A stretch of 64,000 nt of DNA from Eledone cirrhosa (lineage: Eukaryota): assembly GCA_964016885.1 (NCBI GenBank), contig OZ024748.1:39432001-39496000 (forward strand), read 5' to 3'. Both the position numbers and the translations under genes were made by a program. The notes under the pieces were generated by a model, which was not told where the DNA came from, made no database searches, and saw only the letters and a list, made by a program, of their open reading frames with translations. Of this stretch, positions 11,401 to 26,400 are shown in pieces; position 1 is the stretch's first letter; each line of letters opens with the position of its first letter.

Positions 11401-14400
11401 TATTTCTAATGAAAGTCACTGTCTATGTCATTAACCCTTTCATTACCATATTTCTAATGAAAGTCACTGTCTATGTCATTAACCCTTTCATTACCATATT
11501 TCTAATGAAAGTCACTGTCTATGTCATTAACCCTTTCATTACCATATTTCTAATGAAAGTCACTGTCTATGTCATTAACCCTTTCATTACCATATTTCTA
11601 ATGAAAGTCACTGTCTATTTCATTAACCCTTTCATTACCATATTTCTAATGAAAGACACTGTCTATGTCATTAAACCTTTCATTACCATATTTCTAAGGA
11701 AAGACACTGTTTATTTCATTAACCCTTTCATTACCATATTTCTAATGAAAGACACTGTCTATTTCATTAACCCTTTCATTACCATATTTCTAATGAAAGA
11801 CACTGTCTTTTTCATTAAACCTTTCATTACCATATTTCTAATGAAAGACACTGTCTATGTCATTAACCCGTTCATTACCATATTTCTAATGAAAGTCACT
11901 GTCTATGTCATTAACCCTTTCATTACCATATTTCTAATGAAAGACACAGTCTATGTCATTAATCCTTTCATTACCATATTTCTAATGAAAGTCACTGTCT
12001 ATGTCATTAACCCTTTCATTACCATATTTCTAATGAAAGACACTGTCTATGTGATTAACCCTGTCATTACCATATTTCTAATGAAAGTTACTGTCTATGT
12101 CAGTAACCCTGTCATTACCATATTTCTAATGAAAGTCACTCTCTATGTCATTAACCCTTTCATTACCATATTTCTAATGAAAGACACTGTCTATGTGATT
12201 AATCCTGTCATTACCATATTTCTAATGAAAGTCACTGTCTATGTCATTAACCCTTTCATTACCATATTTCTAATGAAAGACACAGTCTATGTCATTAATC
12301 CTTTCATTACCATATTTCTAATGAAAGTCACTGTCTATGTCATTAACCCTTTCATTACCATATTTCTAATGAAAGTCACTCTCTACTTCATTAACCCTTT
12401 CATTACCATATTTCTAATGAAAGACACAGTCTATGTCATTAATCCTTTCATTACCATATTTCTAATGAAAGTCACTGTCTATGTCATTAACCCTTTCATT
12501 ACCATATTTCTAATGAAAGTCACTCTCTACTTCATTAACCCTTTCATTACCATATTTCTAATGAAAGTCACTGTCTATGTCATTAATCCTTTCATTACCA
12601 TATTTCTAATGAAAGTCACTGTCTATGTCATTAACCCTTTCATTACCATATTTCTAATGAAAGTCACTCTCTACTTCATTAACCCTTTCATTACCATATT
12701 TCTAATGAAAGACACTGTCTATGTCATTAACCCTTTCATTACCATATTTCTAATGAAAGTCATTGTCTATGTCATTAACCCTTTCATTACCATATTTCTA
12801 ATGAAAGACACAGTCTATGTCATTAATCCTTTCATTACCATATTTCTAATGAAAGACACTGTCTATGTCATTAACCCTTTCATTACCATATTTCTAATGA
12901 AAGTCACTCTCTACTTCATTAACCCTTTCATTACCATATTTCTAATGAAAGACACAGTCTATGTCATTAATCCTTTCATTACCATATTTCTAATGAAAGT
13001 CACTGTCTATGTCATTAACCCTTTCATTACCATATTTCTAATGAAAGACACTGTCTATGTGATTAACCCTGTCATTACCATATTTCTAATGAAAGTCACT
13101 GTTTATGTCATTAACCCTGTCATTACCATATTTCTAATGAAAGTCACTGTCTATGTCATTAACCCTTTCATTACCATATTTCTAATGAAAGACACTGTCT
13201 ATGTCATTAACCCTTTCATTACAATATTTCTAATGAAAGTCACTGTCTATGTCATTAACCCTTTCATTACCATATTTCTAATGAAAGTCACTGTCTATGT
13301 CATTAACCCTTTCATTACCATATTTCTAATGAAAATCATTGTTTATGTCATTAACCCTGTCATTACCATATTTCTAATGAAAGTCACTGTCTATGTCATT
13401 AACCCTTTCATTACCATATTTCTAATGAAAGACACTGTCTATGTCATTAACCCTTTCATTACCATATTTCTAATGAAAGACACTGTCTATGTCATTAACC
13501 CTTTCATTACCATATTTCTAATGAAAGACACTGTCTATGTCATTAACCCTTTCATTACTATATTTCTAATGAAAGTCACTGTCTATGTCATTAACCCTTT
13601 CATTACCATATTTCTAATGAAAGACACTGTCTATGTGATTAACCCTGTCATTACCATATTTCTAATGAAAGTCACTGTTTATGTCATTAACCCTGTCATT
13701 ACCATATTTCTAATGAAAGTCACTGTCTATGTCATTAACCCTTTCATTACCATATTTCTAATGAAAGACACTGTCTATTTCATTAACCCTTTCATTACCA
13801 TATTTCTAATGAAAGACACTGTCTATGTCATTAACCCTTTCAATACCATATTTCTAATGAAAGACACTGTTTATTTCATTAACCCTTTCAATACCATATT
13901 TCTAATGAAAGACACTGTCTATTTCATTAACCCTTTCATTACCATATTTCTAATGAAAGACACTGTCTATTTCATTAACCCTTTCATTACCATATTTCTA
14001 ATGAAAGACACTGTCTATTTCATTAACCCTTTCATTACCATATTTCTAATGAAAGACACTGTCTATTTCATTAACCCTTTCATTACCATATTTCTAATGA
14101 AAGACACTGTCTATGTCATTAACCCTTACATTACCATATTTCTAATGAAAGTCACTGTCTATGTCATTAACCCTTTCATTACCATATTTCTAATGAAAGT
14201 CACTGTCTATGTCATTAACCCTTTCAATACCATATTTCTAATGAAAGTCACTGTTTATGTCATTAACCCTGTCATTACCATATTTCTAATGAAAGTCACT
14301 GTCTATGTCATTAACCCTTTCATTACCATATTTCTAATGAAAGACACTGTCTATGTCATTAACCCTTACATTACCATATTTCTAATGAAAGTCACTGTCT

Positions 14401-17400
14401 ATGTCATTAACCCTTTCATTACCATATTTCTAATGAAAGTCACTGTCTATGTCATTAACCCTTTCATTACCATATTTCTAATGAAAGTCACTGTCTATGT
14501 CATTAACCCTTTCATTACCATATTTCTAATGAAAGTCACTGTCTATGTCATTAATCCTTTCATTACCATATTTCTAATGAAAGTCACTGTCTATGTCATT
14601 AACCCTTTCATTACCATATTTCTAATGAAAGTCACTGTCTATGTCATTAACCCTTTCATTACCATATTTCTAATGAAAGTCACTGTCTATGTCATTAACC
14701 CTTTCATTACCATATTTCTAATGAAAGTCACTGTCTATGTCATTAACCCTTTCATTACCATATTTCTAATGAAAGTCACTGTCTATGTCATTAACCCTTT
14801 CATTACCATATTTCTAATGAAAGTCACTGTCTATGTCATTAACCCTTTCATTACCATATTTCTAATGAAAGTCACTGTCTATGTCATTAACCCTTTCATT
14901 ACCATATTTCTAATGAAAGTCACTGTCTATGTCATTAACCCTTTCATTACCATATTTCTAATGAAAGTCACTGTCTATGTCATTAATCCTTTCATTACCA
15001 TATTTCTAATGAAAGTCACTGTCTATGTCATTAACCCTTTCATTACCATATTTCTAATGAAAGTCACTGTCTATGTCATTAACCCTTTCATTACCATATT
15101 TCTAATGAAAGTCACTGTCTATGTCATTAACCCTTTCATTACCATATTTCTAATGAAAGTCACTGTCTATGTCATTAATCCTTTCATTACCATATTTCTA
15201 ATGAAAGTCACTGTCTATGTCATTAACCCTTTCATTACCATATTTCTAATGAAAGTCACTGTCTATGTCATTAACCCTTTCATTACCATATTTCTAATGA
15301 AAGTCACTGTCTATGTCATTAACCCTTTCATTACCATATTTCTAATGAAAGTCACTGTCTATGTCATTAATCCTTTCATTACCATATTTCTAATGAAAGT
15401 CACTGTCTATGTCATTAATCCTTTCATTACCATATTTCTAATGAAAGACACTGTCTATGTCATTAACCCTTTCATTACCATATTTCTAATGAAAGTCACT
15501 GTCTATGTCATTAATCCTTTCATTACCATATTTCTAATGAAAGTCACTGTCTATGTAATTAACCCTTTCATTACCATATTTCTAATGAAAGACACTGTCT
15601 ATGTCATTAACCCTTTCATTACCATATTTCTAATGAAAGTCACTGTCTATGTCATTAACCCTTTCATTGCCATATTTCTAATGAAAGACACTGTCTATGT
15701 CATTAACCCTTTCATTACCATATTTCCGAGACTGTCTATTTCATTAACCCTTTCATTACCATATTTCTAATGAAAGTCACTGTCTATGTCATTAATCCTT
15801 TCATTACCATATTTCTAATGAAAGGCACTGTCTATGTCATTAACCCTTTCATTACCATATTTCTAATGAAAGTCACTGTCTATGTCATTAACCCTTTCAT
15901 TACCATATTTCTAATGAAAGACACTGTCTATGTCATTAACCCTTTCATTACCATATTTCTGAGACTGTCTATTTCATTAACCCTTTCATTACCATATTTC
16001 TAATGAAAGACACTGTCTATGTCATTAACCCTTTCATTACAATATTTCTAATGAAAGTCACTGTCTATGTCATTAACCCTTTCATTACCATATTTCTAAT
16101 GAAAGTCACTGTCTATGTCATTAACCCTTTCATTACCATATTTCTAATGAAAGTCACTGTCTATGTCATTAACCCTTTCATTACCATATTTCTAATGAAA
16201 GTCACTGTCTATGTCATTAACCCTTTCATTACCATATTTCTAATGAAAGTCACTGTCTATTTCATTAACCCTTTCATTACCATATTTCTAATGAAAGACA
16301 CTGTCTATGTCATTAAACCTTTCATTACCATATTTCTAAGGAAAGACACTGTTTATTTCATTAACCCTTTCATTACCATATTTCTAATGAAAGACACTGT
16401 CTATTTCATTAACCCTTTCATTACCATATTTCTAATGAAAGACACTGTCTTTTTCATTAAACCTTTCATTACCATATTTCTAATGAAAGACACTGTCTAT
16501 GTCATTAACCCGTTCATTACCATATTTCTAATGAAAGTCACTGTCTATGTCATTAACCCTTTCATTACCATATTTCTAATGAAAGACACAGTCTATGTCA
16601 TTAATCCTTTCATTACCATATTTCTAATGAAAGTCACTGTCTATGTCATTAACCCTTTCATTACCATATTTCTAATGAAAGACACTGTCTATGTGATTAA
16701 CCCTGTCATTACCATATTTCTAATGAAAGTTACTGTCTATGTCAGTAACCCTGTCATTACCATATTTCTAATGAAAGTCACTCTCTATGTCATTAACCCT
16801 TTCATTACCATATTTCTAATGAAAGACACTGTCTATGTGATTAATCCTGTCATTACCATATTTCTAATGAAAGTCACTGTCTATGTCATTAACCCTTTCA
16901 TTACCATATTTCTAATGAAAGACACAGTCTATGTCATTAATCCTTTCATTACCATATTTCTAATGAAAGTCACTGTCTATGTCATTAACCCTTTCATTAC
17001 CATATTTCTAATGAAAGTCACTCTCTACTTCATTAACCCTTTCATTACCATATTTCTAATGAAAGACACAGTCTATGTCATTAATCCTTTCATTACCATA
17101 TTTCTAATGAAAGTCACTGTCTATGTCATTAACCCTTTCATTACCATATTTCTAATGAAAGTCACTCTCTACTTCATTAACCCTTTCATTACCATATTTC
17201 TAATGAAAGTCACTGTCTATGTCATTAATCCTTTCATTACCATATTTCTAATGAAAGTCACTGTCTATGTCATTAACCCTTTCATTACCATATTTCTAAT
17301 GAAAGTCACTCTCTACTTCAGTAACCCTTTCATTACCATATTTCTAATGAAAGACACTGTCTATGTCATTAACCCTTTCATTACCATATTTCTAATGAAA

Positions 17401-20400
17401 GTCATTGTCTATGTCATTAACCCTTTCATTACCATATTTCTAATGAAAGACACAGTCTATGTCATTAATCCTTTCATTACCATATTTCTAATGAAAGACA
17501 CTGTCTATGTCATTAACCCTTTCATTACCATATTTCTAATGAAAGTCACTCTCTACTTCATTAACCCTTTCATTACCATATTTCTAATGAAAGACACAGT
17601 CTATGTCATTAATCCTTTCATTACCATATTTCTAATGAAAGTCACTGTCTATGTCATTAACCCTTTCATTACCATATTTCTAATGAAAGTCACTCTCTAC
17701 TTCATTAACCCTGTCATTACCATATTTCTAATGAAAGTCACTGTCTATGTCATTAACCCTTTCATTACCATATTTCTAATGAAAGACACTGTCTATGTCA
17801 TTAATCCTTTCATTACCATATTTCTAATGAAAGTCACTGTCTATGTCATTAACCCTTTCATTACCATATTTCTAATGAAAGTCACTGTCTATGTCATTAA
17901 CCCTTTCATTACCATATTTCTAATGAAAGTCACTGTCTATGTCATTAACCCTTTCATTACCATATTTCTAATGAAAGTCACTGTCTATGTCATTAATCCT
18001 TTCATTACCATATTTCTAATGAAAGTCACTGTCTATGTCATTAACCCTTTCATTACCATATTTCTAATGAAAGTCACTGTCTATGTCATTAACCCTTTCA
18101 TTACCATATTTCTAATGAAAGTCACTGTCTATGTCATTAACCCTTTCATTACCATATTTCTAATGAAAGTCACTGTCTATGTCATTAATCCTTTCATTAC
18201 CATATTTCTAATGAAAGTCACTGTCTATGTCATTAATCCTTTCATTACCATATTTCTAATGAAAGACACTGTCTATGTCATTAACCCTTTCATTACCATA
18301 TTTCTAATGAAAGTCACTGTCTATGTCATTAATCCTTTCATTACCATATTTCTAATGAAAGTCACTGTCTATGTCATTAATCCTTTCATTACCATATTTC
18401 TAATGAAAGACACTGTCTATGTCATTAACCCTTTCATTACCATATTTCTAATGAAAGTCACTGTCTATGTCATTAATCCTTTCATTACCATATTTCTAAT
18501 GAAAGTCACTGTCTATGTAATTAACCCTTTCATTACCATATTTCTAATGAAAGACACTGTCTATGTCATTAACCCTTTCATTACCATATTTCTAATGAAA
18601 GTCACTGTCTATGTCATTAACCCTTTCATTGCCATATTTCTAATGAAAGACACTGTCTATGTCATTAACCCTTTCATTACCATATTTCCGAGACTGTCTA
18701 TTTCATTAACCCTTTCATTACCATATTTCTAATGAAAGTCACTGTCTATGTCATTAATCCTTTCATTACCATATTTCTAATGAAAGGCACTGTCTATGTC
18801 ATTAACCCTTTCATTACCATATTTCTAATGAAAGTCACTGTCTATGTCATTAACCCTTTCATTACCATATTTCTAATGAAAGACACTGTCTATGTCATTA
18901 ACCCTTTCATTACCATATTTCTGAGACTGTCTATTTCATTAACCCTTTCATTACCATATTTCTAATGAAAGACACTGTCTATGTCATTAACCCTTTCATT
19001 ACAATATTTCTAATGAAAGTCACTGTCTATGTCATTAACCCTTTCATTACCATATTTCTAATGAAAGTCACTGTCTATGTCATTAACCCTTTCATTACCA
19101 TATTTCTAATGAAAGTCACTGTCTATGTCATTAACCCTTTCATTACCATATTTCTAATGAAAGTCACTGTCTATGTCATTAACCCTTTCATTACCATATT
19201 TCTAATGAAAGTCACTGTCTATTTCATTAACCCTTTCATTACCATATTTCTAATGAAAGACACTGTCTATGTCATTAAACCTTTCATTACCATATTTCTA
19301 AGGAAAGACACTGTTTATTTCATTAACCCTTTCATTACCATATTTCTAATGAAAGACACTGTCTATTTCATTAACCCTTTCATTACCATATTTCTAATGA
19401 AAGACACTGTCTTTTTCATTAAACCTTTCATTACCATATTTCTAATGAAAGACACTGTCTATGTCATTAACCCGTTCATTACCATATTTCTAATGAAAGT
19501 CACTGTCTATGTCATTAACCCTTTCATTACCATATTTCTAATGAAAGACACAGTCTATGTCATTAATCCTTTCATTACCATATTTCTAATGAAAGTCACT
19601 GTCTATGTCATTAACCCTTTCATTACCATATTTCTAATGAAAGACACTGTCTATGTGATTAACCCTGTCATTACCATATTTCTAATGAAAGTTACTGTCT
19701 ATGTCAGTAACCCTGTCATTACCATATTTCTAATGAAAGTCACTCTCTATGTCATTAACCCTTTCATTACCATATTTCTAATGAAAGACACTGTCTATGT
19801 GATTAATCCTGTCATTACCATATTTCTAATGAAAGTCACTGTCTATGTCATTAACCCTTTCATTACCATATTTCTAATGAAAGACACAGTCTATGTCATT
19901 AATCCTTTCATTACCATATTTCTAATGAAAGTCACTGTCTATGTCATTAACCCTTTCATTACCATATTTCTAATGAAAGTCACTCTCTACTTCATTAACC
20001 CTTTCATTACCATATTTCTAATGAAAGACACAGTCTATGTCATTAATCCTTTCATTACCATATTTCTAATGAAAGTCACTGTCTATGTCATTAACCCTTT
20101 CATTACCATATTTCTAATGAAAGTCACTCTCTACTTCATTAACCCTTTCATTACCATATTTCTAATGAAAGTCACTGTCTATGTCATTAATCCTTTCATT
20201 ACCATATTTCTAATGAAAGTCACTGTCTATGTCATTAACCCTTTCATTACCATATTTCTAATGAAAGTCACTCTCTACTTCAGTAACCCTTTCATTACCA
20301 TATTTCTAATGAAAGACACTGTCTATGTCATTAACCCTTTCATTACCATATTTCTAATGAAAGTCATTGTCTATGTCATTAACCCTTTCATTACCATATT

Positions 20401-23400
20401 TCTAATGAAAGACACAGTCTATGTCATTAATCCGTTCATTACCATATTTCTAATGAAAGACACTGTCTATGTCATTAACCCTTTCATTACCATATTTCTA
20501 ATGAAAGTCACTCTCTACTTCATTAACCCTTTCATTACCATATTTCTAATGAAAGACACAGTCTATGTCATTAATCCTTTCATTACCATATTTCTAATGA
20601 AAGTCACTGTCTATGTCATTAACCCTTTCATTACCATATTTCTAATGAAAGTCACTCTCTACTTCATTAACCCTGTCATTACCATATTTCTAATGAAAGT
20701 CACTGTCTATGTCATTAACCCTTTCATTACCATATTTCTAATGAAAGACACTGTCTATGTCATTAATCCTTTCATTACCATATTTCTAATGAAAGTCACT
20801 GTCTATGTCATTAACCCTTTCATTACCATATTTCTAATGAAAGTCACTGTCTATGTCATTAACCCTTTCATTACCATATTTCTAATGAAAGTCACTGTCT
20901 ATGTCATTAACCCTTTCATTACCATATTTCTAATGAAAGTCACTGTCTATGTCATTAATCCTTTCATTACCATATTTCTAATGAAAGTCACTGTCTATGT
21001 CATTAACCCTTTCATTACCATATTTCTAATGAAAGTCACTGTCTATGTCATTAACCCTTTCATTACCATATTTCTAATGAAAGTCACTGTCTATGTCATT
21101 AACCCTTTCATTACCATATTTCTAATGAAAGTCACTGTCTATGTCATTAATCCTTTCATTACCATATTTCTAATGAAAGTCACTGTCTATGTCATTAATC
21201 CTTTCATTACCATATTTCTAATGAAAGACACTGTCTATGTCATTAACCCTTTCATTACCATATTTCTAATGAAAGTCACTGTCTATGTCATTAATCCTTT
21301 CATTACCATATTTCTAATGAAAGTCACTGTCTATGTCATTAACCCTTTCATTACCATATTTCTAATGAAAGACACTGTCTATGTCATTAACCCTTTCATT
21401 ACCATATTTCTAATGAAAGTCACTGTCTATGTCATTAACCCTTTCATTGCCATATTTCTAATGAAAGACACTGTCTATGTCATTAACCCTTTCATTACCA
21501 TATTTCCGAGACTGTCTATTTCATTAACCCTTTCATTACCATATTTCTAATGAAAGTCACTGTCTATGTCATTAATCCTTTCATTACCATATTTCTAATG
21601 AAAGGCACTGTCTATGTCATTAACCCTTTCATTACCATATTTCTAATGAAAGTCACTGTCTATGTCATTAACCCTTTCATTACCATATTTCTAATGAAAG
21701 ACACTGTCTATGTCATTAACCCTTTCATTACCATATTTCTGAGACTGTCTATTTCATTAACCCTTTCATTACCATATTTCTAATGAAAGACACTGTCTAT
21801 GTCATTAACCCTTTCATTACAATATTTCTAATGAAAGTCACTGTCTATGTCATTAACCCTTTCATTACCATATTTCTAATGAAAGTCACTGTCTATGTCA
21901 TTAACCCTTTCATTACCATATTTCTAATGAAAGTCACTGTCTATGTCATTAACCCTTTCATTACCATATTTCTAATGAAAGTCACTGTCTATGTCATTAA
22001 CCCTTTCATTACCATATTTCTAATGAAAGTCACTGTCTATTTCATTAACCCTTTCATTACCATATTTCTAATGAAAGACACTGTCTATGTCATTAAACCT
22101 TTCATTACCATATTTCTAAGGAAAGACACTGTTTATTTCATTAACCCTTTCATTACCATATTTCTAATGAAAGACACTGTCTATTTCATTAACCCTTTCA
22201 TTACCATATTTCTAATGAAAGACACTGTCTTTTTCATTAAACCTTTCATTACCATATTTCTAATGAAAGACACTGTCTATGTCATTAACCCGTTCATTAC
22301 CATATTTCTAATGAAAGTCACTGTCTATGTCATTAACCCTTTCATTACCATATTTCTAATGAAAGACACAGTCTATGTCATTAATCCTTTCATTACCATA
22401 TTTCTAATGAAAGTCACTGTCTATGTCATTAACCCTTTCATTACCATATTTCTAATGAAAGACACTGTCTATGTGATTAACCCTGTCATTACCATATTTC
22501 TAATGAAAGTTACTGTCTATGTCAGTAACCCTGTCATTACCATATTTCTAATGAAAGTCACTCTCTATGTCATTAACCCTTTCATTACCATATTTCTAAT
22601 GAAAGACACTGTCTATGTGATTAATCCTGTCATTACCATATTTCTAATGAAAGTCACTGTCTATGTCATTAACCCTTTCATTACCATATTTCTAATGAAA
22701 GACACAGTCTATGTCATTAATCCTTTCATTACCATATTTCTAATGAAAGTCACTGTCTATGTCATTAACCCTTTCATTACCATATTTCTAATGAAAGTCA
22801 CTCTCTACTTCATTAACCCTTTCATTACCATATTTCTAATGAAAGACACTGTCTATGTCATTAACCCTTTCATTACCATATTTCTAATGAAAGACACAGT
22901 CTATGTCATTAATCCTTTCATTACCATATTTCTAATGAAAGTCACTGTCTATGTCATTAACCCTTTCATTACCATATTTCTAATGAAAGTCACTCTCTAC
23001 TTCAGTAACCCTTTCATTACCATATTTCTAATGAAAGACACTGTCTATGTCATTAACCCTTTCATTACCATATTTCTAATGAAAGTCATTGTCTATGTCA
23101 TTAACCCTTTCATTACCATATTTCTAATGAAAGACACAGTCTATGTCATTAATCCTTTCATTACCATATTTCTAATGAAAGACACTGTCTATGTCATTAA
23201 CCCTTTCATTACCATATTTCTAATGAAAGTCACTCTCTACTTCATTAACCCTTTCATTACCATATTTCTAATGAAAGACACAGTCTATGTCATTAATCCT
23301 TTCATTACCATATTTCTAATGAAAGTCACTGTCTATGTCATTAACCCTTTCATTACCATATTTCTAATGAAAGTCACTCTCTACTTCATTAACCCTGTCA

Positions 23401-26400
23401 TTACCATATTTCTAATGAAAGTCACTGTCTATGTCATTAACCCTTTCATTACCATATTTCTAATGAAAGACACTGTCTATGTCATTAATCCTTTCATTAC
23501 CATATTTCTAATGAAAGTCACTGTCTATGTCATTAACCCTTTCATTACCATATTTCTAATGAAAGTCACTGTCTATGTCATTAACCCTTTCATTACCATA
23601 TTTCTAATGAAAGTCACTGTCTATGTCATTAACCCTTTCATTACCATATTTCTAATGAAAGTCACTGTCTATGTCATTAATCCTTTCATTACCATATTTC
23701 TAATGAAAGTCACTGTCTATGTCATTAACCCTTTCATTACCATATTTCTAATGAAAGTCACTGTCTATGTCATTAACCCTTTCATTACCATATTTCTAAT
23801 GAAAGTCACTGTCTATGTCATTAACCCTTTCATTACCATATTTCTAATGAAAGTCACTGTCTATGTCATTAATCCTTTCATTACCATATTTCTAATGAAA
23901 GTCACTGTCTATGTCATTAATCCTTTCATTACCATATTTCTAATGAAAGACACTGTCTATGTCATTAACCCTTTCATTACCATATTTCTAATGAAAGTCA
24001 CTGTCTATGTCATTAATCCTTTCATTACCATATTTCTAATGAAAGTCACTGTCTATGTCATTAACCCTTTCATTACCATATTTCTAATGAAAGACACTGT
24101 CTATGTCATTAACCCTTTCATTACCATATTTCTAATGAAAGTCACTGTCTATGTCATTAACCCTTTCATTGCCATATTTCTAATGAAAGACACTGTCTAT
24201 GTCATTAACCCTTTCATTACCATATTTCCGAGACTGTCTATTTCATTAACCCTTTCATTACCATATTTCTAATGAAAGTCACTGTCTATGTCATTAATCC
24301 TTTCATTACCATATTTCTAATGAAAGGCACTGTCTATGTCATTAACCCTTTCATTACCATATTTCTAATGAAAGTCACTGTCTATGTCATTAACCCTTTC
24401 ATTACCATATTTCTAATGAAAGACACTGTCTATGTCATTAACCCTTTCATTACCATATTTCTGAGACTGTCTATTTCATTAACCCTTTCATTACCATATT
24501 TCTAATGAAAGACACTGTCTATGTCATTAACCCTTTCATTACAATATTTCTAATGAAAGTCACTGTCTATGTCATTAACCCTTTCATTACCATATTTCTA
24601 ATGAAAGTCACTGTCTATGTCATTAACCCTTTCATTACCATATTTCTAATGAAAGTCACTGTCTATGTCATTAACCCTTTCATTACCATATTTCTAATGA
24701 AAGTCACTGTCTATGTCATTAACCCTTTCATTACCATATTTCTAATGAAAGTCACTGTCTATTTCATTAACCCTTTCATTACCATATTTCTAATGAAAGA
24801 CACTGTCTATGTCATTAAACCTTTCATTACCATATTTCTAAGGAAAGACACTGTTTATTTCATTAACCCTTTCATTACCATATTTCTAATGAAAGACACT
24901 GTCTATTTCATTAACCCTTTCATTACCATATTTCTAATGAAAGACACTGTCTTTTTCATTAAACCTTTCATTACCATATTTCTAATGAAAGACACTGTCT
25001 ATGTCATTAACCCGTTCATTACCATATTTCTAATGAAAGTCACTGTCTATGTCATTAACCCTTTCATTACCATATTTCTAATGAAAGACACAGTCTATGT
25101 CATTAATCCTTTCATTACCATATTTCTAATGAAAGTCACTGTCTATGTCATTAACCCTTTCATTACCATATTTCTAATGAAAGACACTGTCTATGTGATT
25201 AACCCTGTCATTACCATATTTCTAATGAAAGTTACTGTCTATGTCAGTAACCCTGTCATTACCATATTTCTAATGAAAGTCACTCTCTATGTCATTAACC
25301 CTTTCATTACCATATTTCTAATGAAAGACACTGTCTATGTGATTAATCCTGTCATTACCATATTTCTAATGAAAGTCACTGTCTATGTCATTAACCCTTT
25401 CATTACCATATTTCTAATGAAAGACACAGTCTATGTCATTAATCCTTTCATTACCATATTTCTAATGAAAGTCACTGTCTATGTCATTAACCCTTTCATT
25501 ACCATATTTCTAATGAAAGTCACTCTCTACTTCATTAACCCTTTCATTACCATATTTCTAATGAAAGACACAGTCTATGTCATTAATCCTTTCATTACCA
25601 TATTTCTAATGAAAGTCACTGTCTATGTCATTAACCCTTTCATTACCATATTTCTAATGAAAGTCACTCTCTACTTCATTAACCCTTTCATTACCATATT
25701 TCTAATGAAAGTCACTGTCTATGTCATTAATCCTTTCATTACCATATTTCTAATGAAAGTCACTGTCTATGTCATTAACCCTTTCATTACCATATTTCTA
25801 ATGAAAGTCACTCTCTACTTCAGTAACCCTTTCATTACCATATTTCTAATGAAAGACACTGTCTATGTCATTAACCCTTTCATTACCATATTTCTAATGA
25901 AAGTCATTGTCTATGTCATTAACCCTTTCATTACCATATTTCTAATGAAAGACACAGTCTATGTCATTAATCCTTTCATTACCATATTTCTAATGAAAGA
26001 CACTGTCTATGTCATTAACCCTTTCATTACCATATTTCTAATGAAAGTCACTCTCTACTTCATTAACCCTTTCATTACCATATTTCTAATGAAAGACACA
26101 GTCTATGTCATTAATCCTTTCATTACCATATTTCTAATGAAAGTCACTGTCTATGTCATTAACCCTTTCATTACCATATTTCTAATGAAAGTCACTCTCT
26201 ACTTCATTAACCCTGTCATTACCATATTTCTAATGAAAGTCACTGTCTATGTCATTAACCCTTTCATTACCATATTTCTAATGAAAGACACTGTCTATGT
26301 CATTAATCCTTTCATTACCATATTTCTAATGAAAGTCACTGTCTATGTCATTAACCCTTTCATTACCATATTTCTAATGAAAGTCACTGTCTATGTCATT

